From Eledone cirrhosa (Eukaryota): 64,000 nt of DNA. The translations under genes and the position numbers were made by a program. The stretch is from NCBI GenBank assembly GCA_964016885.1, contig OZ024742.1, forward strand, positions 315,394,001 to 315,458,000, read 5' to 3'. How positions within the stretch are numbered: position 1 is the first letter of the stretch; every line of letters begins with the position of its first letter. Below, one piece after another: positions 52,684-64,000 of the stretch. The notes below the pieces were generated by a model, which saw only the letters and a list, made by a program, of their open reading frames with translations, made no database searches and was not told the DNA's origin.

Positions 52684-53859
52684 TAGTACCGATAAAAAAA
52701 AAAAAGTTTGTTCAAGGGAGGTTACTCCGCATATTTTTTTCTTGCAGCAACAAGCAATGATTCTGGCATGCCTTCCTATATAAACATGTACATGTAGAGC
52801 AGCAACTATAGATATAAGATTTTGTTTGTTTTTTTTTTTGTTTTTGTTTTTTTTTTTTGGGGGGGGGGGTAATCTTTATCAATAATCATGGATCTTTTTT
52901 TTCTACCAATTTTCAACAATACTTGTTTTTATCGATTTTATATTGCCATTGTCAATTTATCAAACCTTTATTTTATTTTACTAATATTGTCCAAACATGA
53001 GTTCAATTTATCAAAAAACTGAGACCTACTAGTTATAATCAAAACTGACATCAACATCATTTTATATCTATTTTCCATGCTAACATGGGTTGAGCAACTT
53101 GCCACTGTCCAAGACTAGAGAAATCAGAGAGCCATGTCTGCCCAATATATAAAGAAAATTGCTAAAAGAAAAATGCATCAGCTGTTAATAGAAAAAGTAT
53201 GAGATGTGAAGTAAAAAGAAAGACTAGCAAAATATTAAAAAAGATTTAATAATGTAATAATAAAGTTCATAATATAAATAATAATAATAATAATAATAGT
53301 AATGATAATAATAATTGTTTCTTATATAGGCGTGAAACCAGTTTTCTTTAATAAATAAAGAAATAGGAAGAAGTTGTGGCATTCATGTGTTTTTTTCAAA
53401 AGTGCTAATGGATTATGGGAAGCAGTTCCAACTATAATTGAAACTAAATTGTTGCAGATTTTGGTTTATCAAGATTTTCCTGATACACTATGGTACTCAC
53501 AATAATACACAGACAAATACAAACTTACAAACATTAATATATATATACCATGACTCTTAAAATATATAAATAAAAGAATTGTATAATTGTAGGGATTGAA
53601 AAAAAAAAAATGTATTTGCTTCGCCAAAAATAAACCCCCAAAATATAATTTAGTCATTGTTAGAAATGACAATGAACTAAAAGACAAATTTTTTCATCAT
53701 GAAAGTTCAATCTCAGAGAACATAGGACAATATAAAATGTATGAAATATAAAAACAAAGAATTGAACTCCTGTAAGACTGCTTAGCTTCAGATATATGTA
53801 AGCCATTTTACAAAAATGTATGTAATTATATATAAAATCTAAATAGGCATGTGTGTGTA

Positions 53860-53952
53860 TATATTATGAAGAGAGACGGTTTTATGTACATCTTCTGTTA
53901 TGTAATAAACAGAAGATGTCCACATAAAACCGTCTCTCTTCTTCATAATATT
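53860..53952. repeat. Short imperfect palindrome heading a TA-flanked insert
   Basis: ATATTATGAAGAGAGACGGTTTTATGT..ACATAAAACCGTCTCTCT..CTTCATAATAT. Confidence 0.75.
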
Positions 53953-54068
53953 GAAACTCTGGTTGATACCTTATCGATAACATTCTAAGGAACACAAATC
54001 GTAAATATTTAATGTCTGTTGACAAAAAAAGTTGATGGATTATCTGATCAACCAACATTTCTTAATTG

Positions 54069-54113
<45 letters not shown>

Positions 54114-54565
54114 TACATACATACAAATAAATATAAGGACATTGCAACAAAACTCTAGACACTTGAGTCACTGTAGATTATTGGTTATTAATATATATAA
54201 TAATAATATTTTTTTCTACTTTTGTACTTTTGGCACAAGGCCAGCAATTATCCCAGTGCATTACTGGTGCTTAATAATAACAATAATAATAATAATAATG
54301 ATAGTAATAATAATAATACATGATGGGACCAAAAATAAGATCATAACAAGAATGCAGTGAGTAAACAAATAAAGCAATATTTGACAAAACAAAAAAAATT
54401 AGAGAGATTTTACTGAATGTTGTACCTTTTCTGCATATATTTTCTTTCTATTTACAAAGAAAAGAATTTAGGAAATATTAAAACAAACTGTTATATTTAT
54501 TTCTGCATTTATCTATTTTATTTATTTATTGATAAACTTTTCCAGGCAAGCATAGATGGATGATA

Positions 54566-54787
54566 TAATTGTTTCTGATTTAACCACAAGGCCAGCAATT
54601 TTGGGGGCAGGGGAAAGTCGATTAAATTGAACCCAGTGCGTTACTGGTGCTTTATTGTATCGACCCTGCAAGGATGAAAGGCAAAGCTAACCTCAGCAGG
54701 ATTTGAGCTCAGAACGTAAAGGGCCGTAACTCTATGTCGCGAAGCATGGCGTTCGACGCTGTATCGATTCTGCCAATCCTCTGCCCT
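54566..54787 (-). mobile_element. SINE family A, full length
   Basis: Flanked by the apparent TSD ATAGATGGAT.ATAT. Confidence 0.82.
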
Positions 54788-56938
54788 ATAGATGGATTAT
54801 ATAATGTGTTTATTTTTATTTATTTATTATTTACATATTTATTTATTAGATATTCATGTTCTAAATTTGTTGAAGTGTGTTTCACAACTAGATGCCCTTG
54901 CTATATCTGATAGCTCAACCATCTGGAGTCTGTCATTATTGTACACTCAGGTAATCAATGTTTATTATGCCATGTGCAAGGGTCCACAAACTTTATGGCT
55001 TTTGTAATGTAAACTGATGAATGTTTATGGTCAGTATAATCCAGCACATTTATCTCACAACCATAGCACCTTAATATCTCTTTATCTGAGCCTTTTAATA
55101 AGAAAATGGCACCGGTTGACATAGCCCCTTTACTCTTCAACACTGAACCCCCAGATTTAGAAAAGAGAATTTATAAAAAAAACGTCCAGAAATATATTCT
55201 TTGCAAAAGGAATGCCCACTCAGAATGCTATGAAGAATCCTTCTGGGAGAGTACTGGTTGATACTACCTCCCTACTTTTTAATGGTGCACTCTCAGATTT
55301 CGAAAGATTTATACAGACATGATTATTCTTAAAAACAACCTTCCCCTACCCATATCCCACTTCAAACCCCAAAGTCTGGTGAAAGCCTTCCTCTGAGTAC
55401 CCAAACCTGGCAACATGTTTAACTTATGCTCTGTCTTCCATTGTAAACTGGGTAGGAGAAGAAATGAAAAGTTGTGTCGATTATGGCTTTTCGAAAAAGC
55501 ATTAGCAATATAAGAATTATATTTGATATACAAGTAAAGTGGTTGAAACTGAGATGAGGATCTTATCACTGCAGCACCATTCTCAACAGATTTTAAATAA
55601 ATATTGATTACTCACATAAACATGAAAACTAATGTGCCTAAAATGGTGTATAGGCATTGTAATAACATAAAGTATTTCTGGTTGACCTCGGCAGGATTTG
55701 AACTCAAAATGTAAAGAGCCACAACCTATACAGCAAAGCAATTTATCTGATGCTCGAATGATTTTGCCAATCCCAACACCAGCTTAATGATGAAAATTCT
55801 TGATTGTTTTTAATTAATTTAAAAATCATAGGTAATGTGTTTCATGAGAAATATGGTAGATCTGTTGTGTATATCATGACTCAGTGTTCACTTTCCTGAC
55901 ATTTGTACATTATTCTATGTACTATACATGCACCTTTGATGAGTTGTAGTGCACCTGAGCACTATAATTTTCATTATTATTAAAGGGAATTCAAAAGAAA
56001 GGAAAGACACAGAAAGACATAACTGAAAAAAAAGATGAGAAACAAATAAGATGGACATTAAAAGAAGTTGAAGAGGAAGAAGATATAGAGTAAAAAGTAG
56101 CAATAGTAACAATTTCTTCAGCAAACATAAATTTTAGTTTTGTAACACGATAGAATCATATTTCATTGGCACTTATTTTATTAATCCCAGAAAAAGGAAA
56201 GGATAAAGTGAAACATAGCAGAACTTTTAGTACATAAACTAAACTTTGTAAAAAGTTCAGTCAATTTAACCCTTTTGATACCAAACTGCCTGAAACTGCC
56301 CTTGGTTTTATGATACAACCCTCCCTGTTTTAACATGTTCATATTTAAAACATTCCATCGTAATTTTATGTAAGAACGTTTTAAAATAATTGTTTCTACT
56401 TTTGGCACAAGGCCAGCAATTATCCAGTGCATTACTGGTACTTTATTTTATCGACCCCATAAGGAAGAAAGGCAAAGTTAACCTTGGCGGGATTTGAACT
56501 CAGAATAGAAAGAGCCATAACTCTATGCATCAATCCAACGTTTTAAAATAATGTCCCAAACTGGCTTAATAATGAAAAAGTTTGGTGTTCAACCAAATGT
56601 TTCCAAATTCATTAATTTCAAAATAAATTGAAACACGTTGCTTTGTAATTCATAAGAAATATAAGAAAAGGGTTAGACACTTAACACTAAGTGCAATTGC
56701 ATATTTTAACATGCACATACACATAATTCTTTAATAGATGTTAACATCAAGGAAGGGATGATGTTTACTGCCTTTACAGATCCTCTAGTACTGGTGAGAT
56801 ATATATGTTTAAAGTTCCTCTTGAACCATTGCAATGAAAATATGCCTTTACCCATTCACATACACATACATTCAGGAATATATTCTGTGAACTGCACTTA
56901 AACACATAAATATTTATGTACACACACACATATGAATA

Positions 56939-56995
<57 letters not shown>

Positions 56996-57221
56996 ATTTA
57001 TCACCCTAGCACAGCTTATATATATATATCATGTTTAATATAGAAATGGCTTCTACAGGACTAGAACTGTTTCATTCAAAAGAAATCATTTCTTTTGAAC
57101 AAATCAGATCTAATCCTGTAGAAGTTATTTCTATATTAAACATATTTACACTCTACTAATGTATTGAGTACCTTACTTATTGTGGTTACCCCCGATTGAG
57201 CCTGGGATTCATACACACACT

Positions 57222-58452
57222 CACGAGGGTGGGCTGAAAAATTCATAAGTCATATAAGATTATAAATGAGTGATGCTAGAGCTGTGAAATATTGCATGCA
57301 TTAATTTCAACTCTTATTAATAACTGCATTGTTTCTCTCCGGGTTAACTGACATCTGACTGTTCATGAAAATTTGGCATTGTGGTGTTATCAAGAACCTG
57401 CAGAAAACGAGTTTAGCTCCAAGGACAATCATGCTGACATGGTTGCTACATAAGGGAATGACGCTCCAGCTTTATTAACAATGCAAAATGGAGCAGCTGC
57501 ATTTAGGAGGGGAAAGGAGAGTCTTGAAGATGACCTAAGGTCTAGATGTCCTGCAACTTCCACCACCAAGGAAAACATTGATCATGTTCACAACATAGTG
57601 ATGGATGACAGGAGACTAACTATAAATCACATATTTGTGAAAGAGTTCAGAATATTCTGCACAATGAACCTGGCATGACGAAGATTTCTGCTTGATGAGC
57701 ACCACATCTCTTGACACCTGATCAAAAGTGCACCAGGTTGATCACATCACAGGAGAATCTGACATTGTTTGAGGCAGATCCAGCTGGATTCCTTGAATGT
57801 TTCCTAACCTGGAATGGGTGTTGCATTCATTATTTTGAGCCAGAGACAAAGAGACATTCTATGCAGTGGAAACACCCCTCCTCAATTGATCCAAAGAAGG
57901 CCAAGATCATTTTATCTGAAAAGAAGGTGATGGCCTCAGCTTTTGGAAATGCAAAAGGCATTGTGCTTATTGACTATCTTCAAAAGGGCCACAGCATCAA
58001 TGGAGTGTACTATGCTAACTTGCTGAGGCAGTTATGAAAGGCTATCAAGACCAAACACCCAGGAAAACTGATGAAAGGTGTCTTGTTTCATCAGGACAAT
58101 GCTCCAGCACACAAATCCTTGGTTTCAATGGCTTCTGTGTATGACTGTTGATTTGAACTGGTTTATCACCCTCTCTAGTCTCCTGATTTAGCCCCATCTG
58201 ACTACCTGTTCCCTATCATGAAAACACACTTGGCTGGGAACCAGTATTGCAGTGATGATGACACTATATCGGCTATTTATGACTGTTTTTACCAACAGGA
58301 TAAAAGCTTCTTCACCAATGGTATCCAAGCACTGCAACACCAATGGAAGAAATATGTGGACTTTGAAGGGGACTTTGAAAAATAAACCTCATTTGGTCAT
58401 ATTCTAGGAGAGTATCTTGGTCAGCCAATGGACTTTTCAACTGATTCTCGTA
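57222..58452 (+). mobile_element. Mariner DNA transposon with a decayed transposase (stops and frameshifts)
   Basis: TIRs ACGAGGGTGGGCTGAAAA../..TTTTCAACTGATTCTCGTA. Translated motifs include ESLEDD.RS, PHLLTPDQK, EPETKR.SMQWKH, KVMAS, IDYLQKG.SING.YY, HQDNAPAH and SPDLAPSDY. Confidence 0.93.
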
Positions 58453-58611
58453 CCATCACTGTTTAATGTATATTTTCCATGCTTGCATGGGTTAGACTTG
58501 TCATCATATTAATATGTATATAGTGTATATATGGAGTGTCTGTGATGTGGAGACCAGGATGCAGTTAGAGGTCTAACAATGAGCTTGGGCAGTTTCAGCT
58601 TATAAATTATC

Positions 58612-58767
58612 TTAACCCTTTAGGATTTAAACTGGTCGTATCCAACCAGAATTCTCTCATAAATAAATTATAACATCATCAAAATCTCATAGATTCAATA
58701 TAATGTGAGATAAAGCCTTTACCACTAAAATACAATAGTAAATATAATGTAAATGCTAAAGGGTTAA
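58612..58767. mobile_element. piggyBac-like MITE (TTAA flanks)
   Basis: TTAA-CCCTTTAG.ATTTA...TAAATGCTAAAGGG-TTAA. Confidence 0.8.
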
Positions 58768-59434
58768 AAGTACACGTGTCTGTGAAATATTCAACTATTT
58801 ACATGTTAATTCATGATTTGGAAGATCAGTTTATTGAACAAATGAATGCTCATCGTCAAAATCCATTATGATCAATAATGAAGTTGGAGGTCATATTTTA
58901 CATGGTGGCTAAAAAATTCAAGAGTACCAAAATATATTAATGACAACAACAAAATCAACAAAGAGAAACAAAAGAAAGGAACAAGAATATAGAACACATT
59001 CCTTGAAAAATCAATATTATTGAAAACTACAATAAGGAAGAGTGTTCTAATCAAGTCTTCAAAATAGAAATGATGCTTGCTGAGGTATGATTAAAATGTA
59101 TTGTGTGGTGTTAGTGTGCATGTATGTGTGCATGTGTTTAAAAGAGACAGTGAGTAAGTGTACATGCATGTATGTTTATATATATATATATAAGTATGTA
59201 TGTCTGTGGTGGGGATGAGTGTGCTTTACGCAATATAAACGTTTAGTAAAAAGTAAAATAATATATATGTGTGTATATATATACATGGAAAAGAGGATGT
59301 AAAATGACGAGTATATATATATATATATATATATTGTGAGTGGGTTCTAAAACTAATTAACACTATATATATACTACTTTATTTGTCACTGAAAGTTTAT
59401 ATTGTACACTTCACACACACATGTATGTATATAA

Positions 59435-59523
<89 letters not shown>

Positions 59524-60149
59524 CATGCATCCATATGCACACACACACATATATGTGCATATGTAGATAGGATTTTTATTAGGAACTATGCAATATATTT
59601 TTTCTAGATATCATTCCATAGCATCAAAGCATAACTATTTTTATGTCAAGAAAATTAGATCCTACAGATACTATATCAGATCAATTCCTACTTCAAACGT
59701 TTCTATATGTGTATTGATTAAATGAAAAAAGAATTCCATTATTAGCTATATATACTTTTTTACTTTATTGTTTTTTTGCCATAAATGTTATAAGTTCTAA
59801 ACTTATAATTATACTGCGTATATCCAGTTTAGAATATATATATTATATCTCTGTATGTCAAAAGAGAAGACTAAAAAGGCTGGCTCCAAAAAGCACATAT
59901 GACCATAAAATATTGCCTCAAAATGAGTCTGAATAATCTTGTGGTGCCTGCATGACGAACCCCTACTTATAAGTGCTGATTAAAAGGTTTGGTGCCAAAA
60001 TGTGTATTTGACCATAAAATATTGGCTCAAAAATCCCTTCAAGAGGAGTCTGAATATTGTCATGGTATCTGCAAGACTAACCCCTACTTTTGTAAGAAAA
60101 TTGGCCTTAAGTTGAAGACACATTTTTTATGAGTTGACTTTTTTTCCCA

Positions 60150-60655
60150 TGATTAGTGGTTATAGTATTTGATTCCTGATCATAAGATTGTGAGTTTGAT
60201 TCCCTGAGTGAGTAACACATTATTTCCTTGAACAAGACATTTCATTTCACATAGTTCCATTCCAGTCCACTGGCGAAAAAAATGCGTACCAGTAGTAGTT
60301 GGGAGTTAACTCTGCTATAGACTGGCATCCCATCTGGAACAGAATCTTGTAAACTCAGTCAATTAATATCAAGGAAACTGGAATGGAGGAGAATCTTTTA
60401 ATCTCAGTCACTTAACTTCAAGGAAACTGGAATAGCATCCAATCTGGAGGAGAATCTTGTAATCTCAGTCACTTAACATCAAGGAAACTGGAATGGCATC
60501 CAATCTGGAAGAGAATCTTGTAATCTCAGTCAATTAATGTCAAATAAACTGGAATGGAATCCCATCTGGAAGAGAATCTTGTAATTTCAGTCACTTAACA
60601 TCAAAGAAACTGGAATAAGCTTCAATCTGATGAGCCTCTTGGCTTAGAACAGACT
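60150..60655 (+). mobile_element. Family B-related SINE with an internal ~59 bp tandem expansion (about 5 units, 60320-60630)
   Basis: GGAAACTGGAATGGCATCCAATCTGGAAGAGAATCTTGTAATCTCAGTCACTTAACATCAA is repeated. Confidence 0.7.
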
Positions 60656-61092
60656 ATAGTTTTAACTTGAATTAGACAGAGAAGGAGGGGCTACACCATG
60701 ACCTTTTTCAAAGACACAAAGACATGATAGGTAGAAGAGAAAACTGTTTCATTTAGACTGGATTCTGCAATCAAATGCTTGCAACAGAATGTATGTAATC
60801 CATGTGTGAATATCCAAGGACAAGATAGTGGTACTAAACCAGGCAATGGATTAAGTCTATGACCCATTAATATGGGTTTTCTATATGTCTATAAATACAT
60901 CTATCATAAGTATAATATATATTTTTTCTTTTGCTTGAATATTGTAGATTTTGAAATAGTGATCTAAGGTGGGTATAGTATCAGGGTTAGGGTTAATTCA
61001 GACAAAAACAATATAAATCTAGGAAATCAATGTACAAATGGAAGCAATAAACTTACATTACCACTGCTTCAATCTTTGCAGGATTTTCCTTT

Positions 61093-61373
61093 TCATCATC
61101 ATCATCATCACTATCATCATCACCATCACCAACATCTTCACAATTGTTACAAACATTATTGCCAAGAATATCGTCATCATCCTCATCCTCATCATCATCA
61201 TCTTCCTTATCACTATCAACATTATCATCATTCATCATTATCACCACCACTGACATCATTATCATCATCCAGACCATTTTCTTCATCACTTTTATAAGTT
61301 AATCATGCCCTCTTATTGTCCATCATCATTCCATAACTATGAGTATTATTGTTATTGGTGCTGTTATTGTCTA

Positions 61374-61428
<55 letters not shown>
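61093..61428. repeat. Degenerate (CAT)n and (ACT)n microsatellites
   Basis: Directly visible. They explain the poly-His/Asp/Thr ORFs. Confidence 0.9.
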
Positions 61429-62242
61429 AGTGTTTCTCAAATGAGAAAAGAAAAAGGTATTACCTCTTAGAGGTTTTTTTTTCAATAGAGGTAGTAAGAG
61501 AGGCAAACTACTTCAAGGCCCAGATCAATCAATCCATGACCACCACTGCCAATAAATAATTTTATAGCCTCTTACACTACCTGGCACTTAAAACACTAAA
61601 CTTACCCAAAGATGAAACCAAATTTGTACATTCCTTGTGTACTGGAGTTTCACTGAGTAAATGTACATGCTCATTGCTAGATTTTAGAGTAAATATGTGA
61701 ATATTACTATATGTGCATATGTATGTATGTATGTATGTATGCATAAGTATGTATGTATGTATATGTTTGTTAGTTTGGTTGTCAGTTTTTTCTTTTGTTT
61801 TCTTTTAGTTTTTTTTTTTTTTTTTTTTTTCTTATGCTATAATGTTGAATTTGTTGTATGTCTACTCTGCCATATGTCGTTTATTTCCACCATGACCTTT
61901 ATGCTGTTCACCATCATATATTACAGGAAAGTGAAAGAAAAACATAGTAAGCATAAAAGAAGGAAAGAAAGAAAGAAAGAAAGAGAGGAAGAGAAAGAGA
62001 GAGAGAGATGGAGAGCATGTTTCATTGGAATATGGAAAAACAAATCGCATTAGTTTTTTTTTTCTAATTTTTTCCATATTTTCTTATACAATTCTTATGC
62101 ATTCACATATATAAGATTTATGGAGCTGTTATTGTGATGGTAGAGTGTTGTGCTAGATAAATGTATTAATCACTGTATTTCTAATGAAATACACTCTATT
62201 TTAATTAGTTTGTGAAGAATTTTGAGAGATTTAGAATAATTA

Positions 62243-62723
62243 TTAACCCTTTAGCATTTAAACCAGCCATACCCAGCCAGAATTCTCTCACCTCTTATTG
62301 TTCAAACTGGATGTAACTGGCTGCCTATACCTAGATTAAGGTATTGTTCTGAAAATAAATAACATCAAAATCTCATAGATTCGATATCATATGAGATAAT
62401 TATGTGAGGTAAAGCCTTTACGGCAAAAATACAACAGTAAATATAGAGTAATGTAAATGCTAAAGGGTTAAATATTTCATTACTAAGATAGCAGTGACTT
62501 AACCCTTTAGCATTCACATTACTCGATATTTACTATATTTTCATGGTAAAGGCTTTACCTCACATAATTATCTCACATAACATCGAATCTATGAAATTTT
62601 GAAAGTATTTATTTTGAGAACAATACCTTAACATCAGTATCAGTGGCCAGTTACGGCCAGTTTCAACAGAAAGAGGTAGAGAATTCTGGCCGGTTTTGGC
62701 CGGTTTGAACATTAAAGAGTTAA
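62243..62723. mobile_element. Two adjacent piggyBac-like MITEs in opposite orientation (62243-62471, 62499-62723)
   Basis: TTAA-CCCTTTAGCATT termini. The internal sequences are reverse-complement homologues and match 58612-58767. Confidence 0.8.
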
Positions 62724-63072
62724 CATGTTTCATTTATATAATCATGTTGGAACTGAAGACAACATAAAACTACTCAACCATCCCATACTATCTTTACTAC
62801 TTTAAAACACTTCAAATAGATGTTCAAATGATTTCTTCCTTTGAAATATTTCAACTAAAGGTGTTCAAACAGTCAAATAATAAACATATAAATAAATCTC
62901 AAATAACAAACAAAAAACAAAAACATAAACATGATCAATGTTTTGGTTAAAAAAAACCATAATCATAATTAATATATTTTTTTTAATTTCATCATTTTCT
63001 GCTTCTAAACAGATACTGAGTTTAAAGAAGTTTCTGAAATTAGATTTACATGTATGCGTGTGTAAATGTGCA

Positions 63073-63136
<64 letters not shown>

Positions 63137-64000
63137 TCAGTTGAAAAAATTCATTTTTTTTTCATTGTTTATTTTTTTTTGCATTTTCATTTTTTTCTTT
63201 TTTTATACTTTTTTTTAATTTTATCATTTTTTTTTCAGTTATTACTTTTTATTTTTGTTTTATTTCCTTTTTTTTATTTTTGCTTTTTTTTTTTGTTCTT
63301 TTGTATTGTATATATTTGTTGTTGTTTTATCAAAATTGAAAAGTTGAATAAAGCATAGGAATAAAGAGGAGAATTTGCTTTGTTACGAGTCATTTATCCA
63401 TACCATATCTGGAGAGAATTGTTCATAACTTCATCTGTGTAAGATATTATAGATACACTATATCCATGTGTATCATATGGATTGATACACTATATCCGTG
63501 TGTGACATCTGACAGTAAAACATTTCCTTAAAAAGGACTCCATGATGAGTATCAAGCCTGCAGGGAAAATTGGCTTAAAACACACCTTGTTGTTGTTGTT
63601 GTTGTTGTTGTATGAATTCCTAAAAAGGCAACATCAGTAAATGTCTATATGTATGAATGTAGATTATGTATGTATATATGTATATGTAGATTATGTATGT
63701 ATATATACATCGCTTGATATGTGACATTTATTTTGGGATGCATGGCATGGCTGGCCATGGGCAAGTCCATAGCAGGACTACAAAAGCCATGTCTGTGATG
63801 CTCATGCTTAAGTATCAAGCGATGGCATTACTCGAAATTGAGTTGCAGCCAACATCATGTATGTATGTTTATATGAATAAATGTAAGTATGTTTTCATGT
63901 ATATTTTATATATATATATGTATGTATGTATTCTTGTGCTGTAGCTGGTTTGAATGGTAAAAGCAGTTAGTTGGTGAATGAGATTATGGTAATTGTAGTG

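Noticed and set aside
60982-60995. Telomeric repeat (GGGTTAGGGTTA)
   Set aside because: Only two units are present, which is compatible with chance.

Overview
This is a very AT-rich, microsatellite-saturated animal genomic window, and its repeat content is consistent with a cephalopod such as Octopus (inference). I found no host gene exon; almost all ORF-track entries are translations of (TA)n, (CA)n or (GA)n. The window is a mosaic of transposable elements. It holds several 5'-truncated Penelope-like retroelements (PLEs with RT and/or a C-terminal GIY-YIG endonuclease), many tRNA-derived SINEs, RTE and L2/CR1 LINE remnants, a decayed mariner, Tc1/hAT/piggyBac-type MITEs and minisatellites. 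The main signal the ORF track misses is about 17 type-I hammerhead ribozyme (HHR) motifs, roughly 12 with an intact core, in PLE 3' ends and short ORF-less elements sitting in (TA)n tracts. They include a tandem pair 593 nt apart with a compensatory U3-A8 core (retrozyme-like), variants with a long stem II that opens on a mismatch, and palindromic insertions whose axis falls in the HHR stem-II loop. A U6 snRNA 3' fragment fused to a SINE is also present. All structures were folded by eye and none is experimentally or computationally verified.
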